The notes beneath the pieces were generated by a model. The model was given only the letters and a program-made list of their open reading frames with translations. It was not told where the DNA came from and made no database searches. From an uncultured archaeon (GTDB lineage: Archaea; Asgardarchaeota; Hermodarchaeia; Hermodarchaeales; Hermodarchaeaceae), in the NCBI GenBank assembly GCA_964347045.1, contig CAYFXC010000001.1, forward strand, positions 160,001 through 224,000: a stretch of 64,000 nucleotides of DNA, read 5' to 3'. Position numbers and translations under genes: made by a program. Shown piece after piece: positions 1 through 9,376 of this stretch (its first letter is position 1; every line of letters starts with the position of its first letter).

Positions 1-1337
1 ATTAACTCATCATCTCTTTTTTCTAGTAGTTTGGCGATCTTGGTGTCTGTGTCTTTTATAGCAATTAACGCGCCTTTCACCTTTTTTTCTAGCTGTTTGC
101 TTCGTTGAAATAATTGGTTCGCATTATCTGTCGCTGATAATCGAACATCTAAGGTTAACATCAATTTATCCAACTTAATATGGACACGCCCTGCATGCTG
201 ATCAATTTTTAAAAAAATCATAGCAGCTGGAATTTCTTTTCGTTTACCTTCTTCAAGGCGATTAGTAATTTCGTTCCAAGATAGACCTTGTTGGCGCGCA
301 TCTTGGATAGTTGAGAGAAGCTCTCCGACAACATCGAGATATTGATAAATTGCATTGGCAGCCTCGCGACTTTGTGCTGCACGGGTTTGCATAGTGTCCA
401 GATGTTCTTTCTGCTGTTCTCGTAAACGATGAAGTTTTGCGAGATTACTTTGATATTTGTCCTCAACCTCATCAATGGCTGCTTCCTCTATTCGTGTCGA
501 ATAGAAGCTATCCAGCGCCTCGTTGAATGTTGAAAATTTCTTCACTGTTGCATCGGGGTAAAGGGAACTTTTTGTGGGAATTACCCTAAAGGGGTCTTCA
601 TTTTCATTGAGAATAATCTGAGGGCTCAGTGGTTCCTTTTCAAGAGTTTGAAAATACTTCAGCAAACCCTTATGAAGCTTTTTTTTCTGATTGGTGGAGA
701 GCTCCGAGGCTATGAATGTAGGTTTCAGGTTCACAGTCGCAAGTATTTCTTCTGCGGTCGTTCCACTCATGTTCAAGTTTCGTGCAATTGTTCGAATCAA
801 CTCATGAGTTGATTCATCAAGAATTTTGATTAGGCTCTCCAAAGAAACTTCGCGGGGGTCTACAGCTCTTAGTGGTGGGAACTTAAACGGTGCTCCCCGA
901 ACGATATCACGATCTCTCATTCGTCGAAACGTCATAGCTGAAACAATTCTATTCTTCGGGTCAAGTAGAATAGCATTTCCACCACCAAATAGTTCTATCA
1001 CTAAGGTAAATTGCTTCTCAGGAGGTCCAGCTCGAAGATATACTACCCGATCAAAATCGTGTTGTTGAATATCCGTCACTTTATGATTGCGTAGTTGTTT
1101 TCTTAAAGCCTTACAAAAAGCTCGGAGTTTGGCTCCTCGCTCATAGGAAAATGACGTAAGATGCATCCGTTTTCCTGGCTCAATTAATAGCCAAATCTTA
1201 TTTGGTGAATCAGAACTGAATTTAAAAAGCAATGTACCGTTAAGTTGATAAACATTCAGAATCCATCTCCCGATTAATATATCCTTGATTTCACGTAACA
1301 TGACTAATATATCGGAAGCTGACATTCCAGAACTCAC
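1..1337 (-). CDS. rqcH: Ribosome quality-control protein Rqc2/RqcH (NFACT, NEMF-like), 3' end runs off the window
   Basis: Hand translation from GTG at 1337: MSSGMSASDILVMLREIKDILIGRWILNVYQLNG...LLIEPGKRMHLT...FCKALRKQLRN...QQHDFDRVV...IELFGGGNAILLD, typical of the NFACT-N domain. Absent from the ORF track because it has no stop in the window. Confidence 0.88.
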   Translation of the reverse strand, partial: MSSGMSASDILVMLREIKDILIGRWILNVYQLNGTLLFKFSSDSPNKIWLLIEPGKRMHLTSFSYERGAKLRAFCKALRKQLRNHKVTDIQQHDFDRVVYLRAGPPEKQFTLVIELFGGGNAILLDPKNRIVSAMTFRRMRDRDIVRGAPFKFPPLRAVDPREVSLESLIKILDESTHELIRTIARNLNMSGTTAEEILATVNLKPTFIASELSTNQKKKLHKGLLKYFQTLEKEPLSPQIILNENEDPFRVIPTKSSLYPDATVKKFSTFNEALDSFYSTRIEEAAIDEVEDKYQSNLAKLHRLREQQKEHLDTMQTRAAQSREAANAIYQYLDVVGELLSTIQDARQQGLSWNEITNRLEEGKRKEIPAAMIFLKIDQHAGRVHIKLDKLMLTLDVRLSATDNANQLFQRSKQLEKKVKGALIAIKDTDTKIAKLLEKRDDEL

Positions 1338-1349
1338 GGAGGTTCACCT

Positions 1350-1706
1350 TTGTCTAAGAAATCGTTACCTGAAGAATCATTGCCATGGAATCAACTTTGG
1401 CGTCATCGAGTTACTCCTGAAGATTTAATCTACTTCACAAGACTTATCTTCGCACTTATTTCAGCAGCAATTGCCTTAGCCTTTAACCTTTCGGGTCCCC
1501 TCGGCCTGGTGGGATTTATTCTAGGGATAGTTTTAGTTGTTGTATCTTACTTCATTCCAATCTATGTCCTAGGCGTTAATCCTCAAGAAGTGGGGGGGAA
1601 CGCTAAAGGACTTATGAAGGGATTAGGCACGGGAGTTCTAATTTTCATTGTAATTTGGTTCGCAGTGTTTAATTTCGTTTACTATTACTCGGCTTTGCCT
1701 CCCTGA
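1350..1706 (+). CDS. Three-TM membrane protein resembling EMC6 / OPTI (RAB5IF)
   Basis: DLIYFTR...L-GPLGLVGF...EVGG...KGL...FIVIW pattern matches RAB5IF/EMC6-family spacing as recalled (DVIYWFR...L-GFLGIAGF...EYGG...EGF...FMVIW). Confidence 0.7.
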   Translation: MSKKSLPEESLPWNQLWRHRVTPEDLIYFTRLIFALISAAIALAFNLSGPLGLVGFILGIVLVVVSYFIPIYVLGVNPQEVGGNAKGLMKGLGTGVLIFIVIWFAVFNFVYYYSALPP

Positions 1707-1810
1707 ATTCCATTAAGGATTTCGCTTAAAAACCGTTCAATCTTTGAGGAAACCTTAATAGGTAACCTTCCCTATTTTCGTTTTAGACATTTTTTCATCG
1801 AGGGAGTTTA

Positions 1811-2338
1811 GTGAAACTTGATGATAAGGATCTGCATATTCTCTCATTGCTCCATAAGGATGGACGAGCGAAGTATACACAAATCGCAAGAACATTATCG
1901 AAAGCGATGAATCAAAACATCCCGGATACAACAATTTTGTTCCGAATTAGGAAACTTCAACAAGCCGGGGTGATTAAACGATTTACAGTGAGCATTGATC
2001 AAGAGATGCTTGGGTATACCGTCTCTGGTGTAATGTTTATTGAAATTGGTGGCCATATCCTTCGCGATATTACGATAGAACACACTCAGAAAATTAAGAC
2101 AGAACTTGAAAGCCGATCTAATGTCATTTTTCTTGCATTGAATGAGACTGAAACTGGCATTTTTGCATTTATTCTCGGTAAACAGACAACGGATCTTGAA
2201 GAGATTTTCAACAAATTAAAAGACAACCCCGATGTTGTTGATGCGAGATTGTGGTTTCTGAAGCAACCAACGAAGGGTGATAGCCTAATAGGAACGAGCT
2301 TACCTATCACCGAAAAGGAGGAAAATGATGATGTCTGA
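1811..2338 (+). CDS. Lrp/AsnC family transcriptional regulator
   Basis: LDDKDLHILSLLHKDGR...RIRKLQQAGVIKRF N-terminal HTH followed by a RAM-like domain. Confidence 0.9.
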   Translation: MKLDDKDLHILSLLHKDGRAKYTQIARTLSKAMNQNIPDTTILFRIRKLQQAGVIKRFTVSIDQEMLGYTVSGVMFIEIGGHILRDITIEHTQKIKTELESRSNVIFLALNETETGIFAFILGKQTTDLEEIFNKLKDNPDVVDARLWFLKQPTKGDSLIGTSLPITEKEENDDV

Positions 2339-3068
2339 GACATCTGAACGAGTTAAGACGGGAATTCCTGGGTTAGACGGGATTCTTCATGGAGGGTTTA
2401 TACCTGGAAGCAATGTGCTTGTCTCTGGTGGGGCAGGTACAGGAAAAACTATCTTTTGTATGCAATTTATCTATTCAGGAGCGATGAAATACGGTGACAA
2501 CGGTGTGTTTGTCACTTTAGAAGAGCGACCAAAGGAGTTGCGTCATGAAGCATCGCGTTTTGGATGGAATTTTGAAAAATTGCAAGAAGAAGAAAAACTC
2601 ATCATCGTTGATGCAGCTTCTAGTAAAGCTGGATTACCGACAACAGAGCCTCATGCAATACGCACGGGGCTTGATATCAATGCTCTTGCACAGGAAATCT
2701 ATCGTGTCACAAAACGAATAAATGCGCGACGTATTGTCATTGATTCTGTATCCGGTCTTGGCATACGCTTTGAAGGAATAGCCGCAGTACGAAATGCCAT
2801 ATTCAAACTATCGAGCTTATTACGTGAACTTGGAGCAACATCAATTATGACTTCGGAGGTAGCCGAAGGGTCAACTGGGTTTAGCCGGTATGGAGTAGAG
2901 GAATTTATCGCTCAAGGGCTGGTCATTCTTTCACTCACTGAACAAGATCGTGAACTTCGACGAAGTCTTGTGGTTCGCAAGATGCGTCAAACTGGTCACA
3001 GTCTAAAACGATTTCCCTTTGAAATTAGCAGTTCTGGGCTAGTCGTCATGCCTGGTGGCGAACTTTAA
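2325..3068 (+). CDS. KaiC-like (RAD55/aRadC) RecA-superfamily ATPase
   Basis: RVKTGIPGLD, Walker A GGAGTGKT, TLEE, IVIDS, VRKMR motifs. Confidence 0.9.
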   Translation: MMMSETSERVKTGIPGLDGILHGGFIPGSNVLVSGGAGTGKTIFCMQFIYSGAMKYGDNGVFVTLEERPKELRHEASRFGWNFEKLQEEEKLIIVDAASSKAGLPTTEPHAIRTGLDINALAQEIYRVTKRINARRIVIDSVSGLGIRFEGIAAVRNAIFKLSSLLRELGATSIMTSEVAEGSTGFSRYGVEEFIAQGLVILSLTEQDRELRRSLVVRKMRQTGHSLKRFPFEISSSGLVVMPGGEL

Positions 3069-3081
3069 ATCTTAGCGGAAT

Positions 3082-3663
3082 TTACTGCAACAATCCTATT
3101 AGTATTAACAAGAGCATGTAAATGATGAACAAATAGACAATCAGGGGAACATCAACCTCTTTCCATTCATTACTTTGTGATGGTAGAATAACTAAGGTTC
3201 TAGTTAACCAATAGAATTTCTTTTCTGGCTTTTGCATAGGATCTTGATTTTTTGAGTTTCTTTTCCAGACTAATAGGTTTCCTAACAGAAGCCTCAGGCT
3301 ATGAAATCCCACCAATAAGAACGCCCCAATTAACACCGTGACTGGTGCAAGTGCTAGCCAAAGTGGTTCTAATTTTATCCAGGGATAGATCAACGAGATT
3401 AAAAGAACTGCTTTCCCATCCGCACCGCCAAGAACTCCTAGTTGGAATCCACCTATAACTAGAACAAATACTAACAACACTTGCAAACTATACAAAAACC
3501 ACAGCCCTACAATTACTACACGAAAAAGGGTGAGAGGCAGAACAAATATTCCAACTATCCAAACCCCATTGGACACTTCTTTTCTCTGATAGTCTCTAAT
3601 TGCTGCGTACAGCAAAAGAAGAAAGATGAAGACTGTTGTTACAATTCCGAGTAGAATGTCCAC
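3082..3663 (-). CDS. Prepilin peptidase, A24 family
   Basis: YAAIRDY...EV and GGADGKA aspartate motifs, multiple TM segments. Confidence 0.8.
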   Translation of the reverse strand: MDILLGIVTTVFIFLLLLYAAIRDYQRKEVSNGVWIVGIFVLPLTLFRVVIVGLWFLYSLQVLLVFVLVIGGFQLGVLGGADGKAVLLISLIYPWIKLEPLWLALAPVTVLIGAFLLVGFHSLRLLLGNLLVWKRNSKNQDPMQKPEKKFYWLTRTLVILPSQSNEWKEVDVPLIVYLFIIYMLLLILIGLLQ

Positions 3664-3723
3664 TAAATACCCTCAAGTATACAATTACTTATTCACCTTA
3701 TAGAGTCCACAGAAATTAATGGA

Positions 3724-3984
3724 TTATTCAGCGGTGATGCTTCTTCGTAGAAACCGAAAATAGAAGTAGAAACCTAAGAGAATTAGCGCGACTATTTGAG
3801 CCACTAAACCTATTGTGAGTAAGAGCAGTCCTCCACCAACTACTCCTGAGGCTTTACCAATAAATACGACCCCGATACCGCTAAATAAGAGAATAAAAAT
3901 AAAAACTGCCTCAATAAGAGTCCCAAAACGGCTGAGTAATGTTCGAATACGCGAACTATCAGTTGACAAGTTTTTTAACACCAT
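3724..3984 (-). CDS. Small two-TM membrane protein, unknown function
   Basis: 86-aa ORF with two hydrophobic segments, co-oriented with neighbours. Confidence 0.6.
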   Translation of the reverse strand: MVLKNLSTDSSRIRTLLSRFGTLIEAVFIFILLFSGIGVVFIGKASGVVGGGLLLLTIGLVAQIVALILLGFYFYFRFLRRSITAE

Positions 3985-4096
3985 ATATTCGGGAATTTAT
4001 TTTTTAATTGGAGGAGTTGAGCAGTATTCAGATTAGCATATAAATGTACGCCAAGCGGCTAGACATTGTTCGGTTCTAGACAAGGCTACTTGAGGA

Positions 4097-4378
4097 TTAC
4101 TTCACGGCATTAATTATGACTTGTTTAACAGCAGGTTCGCATACCTTACGAACACCATGCTCGCCTGGTTCATAGTGACTTTTGATAAGTCCTGCTTGTT
4201 CAAGAATTTTAACCTGTGCGCTGATATTTGCTTCAGTCTGTTTAAGCGCTTTCGCGATTCGGCTGACATCCATACTCTTGTCACGAAGAAGAGAAATGAT
4301 GTTCCACCTTGTTCTACTGGAGAGCGCCTTAGCCACACGCGGCACTTCTTCATCGGGTACTTCAAATCGTTCATTCAA
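4097..4378 (-). CDS. ArsR-type winged-helix regulator
   Basis: KALSSRTRWNII...IAKAL.QTEANISAQVKILEQAGLI...G.RKVC. Confidence 0.85.
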   Translation of the reverse strand: MNERFEVPDEEVPRVAKALSSRTRWNIISLLRDKSMDVSRIAKALKQTEANISAQVKILEQAGLIKSHYEPGEHGVRKVCEPAVKQVIINAVK

Positions 4379-4628
4379 TTTTATGGACTCCCGCCACAGC
4401 AGTACGATGAAACAGTAGGCAATTCATCGGCTCTCCCTAATATACGTTTCCCAATTTAATTAAGCGGAGAGCTATCTAAACATCTAATCACCAAATGGAA
4501 GCGTTCTTCATTAGATTCGGATGCGAATGATAGAGGCTCGTTAAAGTCGCCTGATAATTGAATCTTTAATCTGGTTGGATGTGCCCAATAGTTTTTTTCG
4601 GCACCAAATAATATTTAAAGTGATCAAT

Positions 4629-5528
4629 GTGCATCGTCTAGCCAAAATTCTACCTGAAATTCAACCCGAAGAAATTCAAGTTCTTCAAACGCTCGAAGAA
4701 ACAGCTCACCGTTTTGAATACGTTCCACTCGATGAGGTCAAAAAACGAACCGACATTGATGCTGAAGATGTTTTATTTCTTCTGGGGCAACTAAATAAGA
4801 AAGGTTTAGTCCAAAGGAAAAAAGAACGCTATCTTGGCTATCGAATATCTCAAACAGGTTATGACGCTTTAGCACTCTATGATTTAGCCTTGAATGATGT
4901 CATTCTGTCCTTAGGACAACCTTATGGTGTCGGCAAAGAAGCGACGGTATATCGTGCTCTTGATGCAGAAAATAAAGAAGTTGCTGTTAAATTCCTCCGG
5001 TGGGGTCGAACAAGTTTTCGACGAGTTAGACGGCTTCGCACGTTGAAAGATGAGCCATTATACTCATGGATGGATTTCAGTAAGCGCGCGGCAAGCCGTG
5101 AGTTCACCGCGCTGCGAATATTGCAAAAGGTAGGAGGTAAAGTTCCTCATCCAAAGGAAGTCAACCGACATGTTATTGTGATGTCAAAAATGTCTGGTGA
5201 ACTTTTGTTGCACCTACTTGAATTAAGAAAGCCAGAAAAAGTATTTGAACAGATTATCCAACAAGTTCAGCTTGCATATCAAAAAGCAGAATTGATTCAT
5301 GGCGACCTTAGTGAATACAATGTGTTTGTTGATGACAAGGAGCAAATTACTCTCTTTGATTGGCCGCAATGGCAGCCTTTAACACATCCCAATGCTTTAT
5401 GGTTGCTGAAACGCGACATCACAAACGTTACAACGTTCTTTCAACGCAGATTCCGTATCCTAAGCGATGTTGACGAAATTCTGGCAAGAGTAACAGCTAG
5501 TCCAAAAGGGAAGAAAAAGAATGTCTGA
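4629..5528 (+). CDS. rio2: RIO2 serine/threonine kinase (SSU biogenesis)
   Basis: N-terminal wHTH (GYDALAL), GVGKEATVY, GRTSF, IHGDLSEYNV, FDWPQ. Start refined to GTG 4629 (ORF track gives 4575). Confidence 0.92.
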   Translation: MHRLAKILPEIQPEEIQVLQTLEETAHRFEYVPLDEVKKRTDIDAEDVLFLLGQLNKKGLVQRKKERYLGYRISQTGYDALALYDLALNDVILSLGQPYGVGKEATVYRALDAENKEVAVKFLRWGRTSFRRVRRLRTLKDEPLYSWMDFSKRAASREFTALRILQKVGGKVPHPKEVNRHVIVMSKMSGELLLHLLELRKPEKVFEQIIQQVQLAYQKAELIHGDLSEYNVFVDDKEQITLFDWPQWQPLTHPNALWLLKRDITNVTTFFQRRFRILSDVDEILARVTASPKGKKKNV

Positions 5529-7593
5529 GACGACCACACCATTGATTATTGGCTTTGATATTCTTCCACAAAAGTCTCCATCAGCTCTAAAATCACTTCG
5601 ATACGCTATGGCAATTTTAAAAGGAGAGACCATTGAAACGCGTGATTCAATTCGACGAACAGAGTTACTGAAGAATGTTCGTCAAATTAAACCTGACATT
5701 CTTGCGACTGATAATTTACTTGAGTTGGCTTCCACTGAGAAGGGAGTAATAGATTTTCTTTCAAAGGTTCCCTCAAAAACTCGGGTCATACAGGTTACCG
5801 GGTCTCCGGTTTATGGTATGACATCAATAACGAAATTGGCGAAAAGACATGGACTGCGGATTAAAAGACATCCCACTCCGATTGAAACAGCAACACTACT
5901 CACACAGTTAGCTGCCCTAGGTGTCGGTACAGAAATTTCAGCAATAGCACGGGAAACGCGAATTTCGGTGTCGAGAGCCCGTAATGTTGGACCAGGTGGT
6001 TTTTCGCAAGCGCGATTTCAAAGGCGAATGCATGGAGCTATTCAACAGGTTGCTCGTAGTATTATAGAAAAAATTACAAAAGCTCAAATGGACTTTGATC
6101 AATATGAGACGCGAACATCTTATGGTTGGTCACGATGTTTGATACATGTTTATGATTCATTTGATAATCTGACTAAGATTGTAAAATCAGAAATTAATCG
6201 AGTTGCAGGTGTTGCAGTTCGAATTTCTCCAGTGAAGCATCGTACGATTTTGTATCTCCAAAGTAAGGATAAAAAAGATCAGATCAGTCCACGTAGATTA
6301 TTAGTCGTTGGTGTTGATGCAGGAACAACGGTTGGGATAGCAATTTCAGATGTCGCAGGACGAGTAATTGCCATTCATAGTGGGCGTGGCTTGTCCAGGG
6401 GAGATGTGATACGGTATCTCGTTGATTATGGAAAACCCGTTCTGATTGTTGCAGATGTTTCTCCCGCACCTAGCTTTATTGAAAAACTAAGTACATCACT
6501 TCAAACTCCACTCTTTGTGCCTGAGAAATTATTGTCAGTTGCTGAAAAACGACAGTTGGTAAAATCATTTACTAACGATTCTGGTGTGCAACATCAAAAC
6601 TCACATCAGCGAGACGCCTTAGCGGCTATAGCGAATGTATTTCATGTCTATGATCGAAAATTGAATCTTCTACGAAATCGACTTGCTGAAAGTGAAAAAC
6701 AACACAACGTATCAGAGGCCTTAAAGGTCGTTCTTCAGGGCGGTTCGGTTCATGATGCCATTGACCAATCCCTAATCTTTGAAGGTACTATGAAAATTGA
6801 ATCCCAACCTGCTGAACCATTAAAAGCAACAGAAAAATCATCCACTAATGAAAATCTACAGGAATATATTAACCGGTTGAGACGCCAAGTTGAATCGCTC
6901 AAACGTCAACTGGAATTTGAAAAAAATAAATTTCTTCATAGCCAGGAATCATTAAACCAACTGTGGAAAGATTATCAGAAAACTAAACGACAACTGAATC
7001 GAGTATTAAATATCGAACAACGTGAGAAACGTCGTGATGAACATATTAGAAGAAAAAATGAGGAGATCACACGCCTTCAGAAGACACTCAAGAAAGCCAA
7101 TGAGAAGATTGAAACCGCGGAACATACGATTTCAAACCTAAAATTGATGCGGCAACTTGAAACCCGTGGAGAAGTTCAGCCCATTCTCGTACTTCACCAT
7201 TTTTCGCAAGAAGAAATAAGACGAATAAAAACACGCTATTCAAAGAAAAAAGCAAAAATCGTTCTGATTCAAGACCCAAGTGGTGGAGGAAGCTCAACAG
7301 CAGAGCATCTAATTCAAAATGGCGTTCAAATCATCATTACGAAAGGAACTATGTCGCATTTAGCGCTCAACCAATTTACCTCTGCGCATATTCCTGTGAT
7401 TGAAGCGAAAAAACTGCGCATAACAATGGTTGATGAATTTGCAGTTGTTAATGTTCAGCAGTTGGATGAAGAAATCAGGAAATGGCAGGAAAGGCATAAA
7501 GTCGCTGAACGCGAAGCGGCAGCAGATTCCTTAGAACGTCTTATTGAGGAATATCGCCAAGAAAGGCGGAGTGAAGAATCCGAACGAAAATAA
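5521..7593 (+). CDS. DUF460 / COG2433 protein (RNase H-like fold plus coiled coil)
   Basis: IIGFDI, PDILATDN, GPGGFSQARFQR, VGVDAGTTVG, HQRDALAA and a C-terminal coiled coil. Confidence 0.85.
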   Translation: MSETTTPLIIGFDILPQKSPSALKSLRYAMAILKGETIETRDSIRRTELLKNVRQIKPDILATDNLLELASTEKGVIDFLSKVPSKTRVIQVTGSPVYGMTSITKLAKRHGLRIKRHPTPIETATLLTQLAALGVGTEISAIARETRISVSRARNVGPGGFSQARFQRRMHGAIQQVARSIIEKITKAQMDFDQYETRTSYGWSRCLIHVYDSFDNLTKIVKSEINRVAGVAVRISPVKHRTILYLQSKDKKDQISPRRLLVVGVDAGTTVGIAISDVAGRVIAIHSGRGLSRGDVIRYLVDYGKPVLIVADVSPAPSFIEKLSTSLQTPLFVPEKLLSVAEKRQLVKSFTNDSGVQHQNSHQRDALAAIANVFHVYDRKLNLLRNRLAESEKQHNVSEALKVVLQGGSVHDAIDQSLIFEGTMKIESQPAEPLKATEKSSTNENLQEYINRLRRQVESLKRQLEFEKNKFLHSQESLNQLWKDYQKTKRQLNRVLNIEQREKRRDEHIRRKNEEITRLQKTLKKANEKIETAEHTISNLKLMRQLETRGEVQPILVLHHFSQEEIRRIKTRYSKKKAKIVLIQDPSGGGSSTAEHLIQNGVQIIITKGTMSHLALNQFTSAHIPVIEAKKLRITMVDEFAVVNVQQLDEEIRKWQERHKVAEREAAADSLERLIEEYRQERRSEESERK

Positions 7594-7624
7594 CATTCTT
7601 CTGAGTATGTCGCCTTTTTTCGTT

Positions 7625-7885
7625 CTATTCTTTATTTTCCCAAATAATCTGTGTGAGATCGGGTTTAATATAGAGTATGTTATTCCCCCGAATTAAGACC
7701 TCACCAAATTTCGCAGTTGGGTTTCCTTCCATGAGTTCCTCGGCCCCTTCAAGAACAAGGTTCATATACACATCTATCTCCTTAAGGCGACCACGGTATT
7801 CCGTTCCATCTTTGAGTTTAATCAAAACAAGATTAGTAATCGCTTTTTGTAAGATTTTTATTGGCTGGTTCTCCACGGGTTTCAA
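7625..7885 (-). CDS. Sm/Lsm family RNA-binding protein
   Basis: VLIKLKDG.EYRGRL...DVYMNLVL...IRGNNI (Sm1/Sm2 motifs). Confidence 0.93.
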   Translation of the reverse strand: MKPVENQPIKILQKAITNLVLIKLKDGTEYRGRLKEIDVYMNLVLEGAEELMEGNPTAKFGEVLIRGNNILYIKPDLTQIIWENKE

Positions 7886-7969
7886 CCTCGAAAGTATCTC
7901 TGCTAATTGTAAAATGCCACTTAAAGCTAACGGTCAGATAAAAAGCTAGGAGAAGTTAAATAGCAAGTT

Positions 7970-8503
7970 TCATGACAGCTGGATAACTAGACCGTCATCT
8001 TCATCTGCGAGATTTTCAAATTTTTTTATAATATTATATCTTGTATTAAGATTTGCTTCAAGTTCATGAAGAGGAAATTTCTTTGAAAGGCTGGTTACAG
8101 CTAACATACCATCTTTATGCAATATGCGGATGAGTTCAACTAGCCCCTGGTGAATATCTGCCAGGTTTTGAATCACTGTAATGCAAACCACAGTGGGGAC
8201 ACAAAAGTCTCGAAATGGCAAAGCTTCAGCAAAGGCACATACCAAAGAAACAAATTCCCTTTTTTGTTCTAAGTCATTGATCTGCTCTGATGCAACTCGC
8301 AGCATCTCAATCGCTCCGTCAACACCAACAATTGGTAAAAAATCAACTAAAGAAGCTAATCCAATTCCGGTTCCTACTCCTACATCAATAATTGGACCTT
8401 TACATAGAAATGGCGTAATCGCTTGATATTTTACCTTTTGAATTCGACGATATCGTAGATTGTATATTGGTGCTGATTCGTCATATAATCGAATTTTTCG
8501 CAC
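7970..8503 (-). CDS. Class I SAM-dependent methyltransferase
   Basis: IIDVGVGTG motif I, GVD, AEALPFRD. Confidence 0.85.
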   Translation of the reverse strand: MRKIRLYDESAPIYNLRYRRIQKVKYQAITPFLCKGPIIDVGVGTGIGLASLVDFLPIVGVDGAIEMLRVASEQINDLEQKREFVSLVCAFAEALPFRDFCVPTVVCITVIQNLADIHQGLVELIRILHKDGMLAVTSLSKKFPLHELEANLNTRYNIIKKFENLADEDDGLVIQLS

Positions 8504-8543
8504 AATTTCTACCTACGAGTGAATACTTATTTAGAATTATGGG

Positions 8544-9368
8544 GTGACATCGACAGGAAAGAAATTGCCTGACCATAAGTTTTCGATGAGTGACAAAATT
8601 TGGCTTCTCCAATCCCCAACACTCAAAACAGCGTACGCTGTACTTGAAGATGCAATTTCTCAGAAACGATTTATCCAAATAATCGGTAGTTGCTTTGTTG
8701 AATATCAAGGACGGGCACGATCAGTTCTTACTGAAGGAGAACGTCTAATTCTGCTGAAACGTGATGGAACAATTCTGGTTCACAAAGAGAGTGGTGTTGA
8801 ACCAGTTAACTGGCAGCCACCTGGCGCAACAATTAAAGTGTTTTTCGAAGATGATGCCCTTTTTCTATTTGCAAATCGCGCTAAACCCCGTGAAACGGTT
8901 CGTATCGAATTCTCTTCTCTCACGATGGTGAGTGCAAGCCTTGTTGACGATCCTGGCGAATTCAGTATGTACTTGACGGAGGCTGAAATGCAGCAAGTTC
9001 TAAGCGCTCATCCTGAACTGATTGAACCGGGTCTTCGAACAATCAGTAGAGAACGACAGGTTGTACCAGGATTCATCGACATATTTGCACGTGATAGTGA
9101 AGGTCGGTTGGTAATCATCGAAGTTAAACGGCGTCGAGCCAACAGTGACGCCGTGCATCAACTTCATGGTTATATTAAGAGTTTTCAAACCGATGAATCA
9201 ACCAAACTCCGAGGCATTCTCGTTGCGCCAAGTCTTACTAAAGGCACCCAAACGTTACTCGAACAACTCAAGCTAGAATATCGGAAAATTGAGCCACAAC
9301 AATGCGCAATTTATCTTCATCAAACAAGCTCGCGCAAGCTAACTGATTTTCTATCGGATATAGATTAA
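8544..9368 (+). CDS. nucS: Mismatch endonuclease NucS/EndoMS
   Basis: YQGRARS, K.DGTILVH, EPVNWQPPG, GFIDI, IIEVKR, AVHQL.GY. Confidence 0.95.
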   Translation: MTSTGKKLPDHKFSMSDKIWLLQSPTLKTAYAVLEDAISQKRFIQIIGSCFVEYQGRARSVLTEGERLILLKRDGTILVHKESGVEPVNWQPPGATIKVFFEDDALFLFANRAKPRETVRIEFSSLTMVSASLVDDPGEFSMYLTEAEMQQVLSAHPELIEPGLRTISRERQVVPGFIDIFARDSEGRLVIIEVKRRRANSDAVHQLHGYIKSFQTDESTKLRGILVAPSLTKGTQTLLEQLKLEYRKIEPQQCAIYLHQTSSRKLTDFLSDID

Positions 9369-9376
9369 CAGTTAGG

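Noticed and set aside
4520-4556. Possible C/D box sRNA (ATGATAG...CTGA)
   Set aside because: C box is imperfect, the span is short, and no C'/D' boxes are evident.
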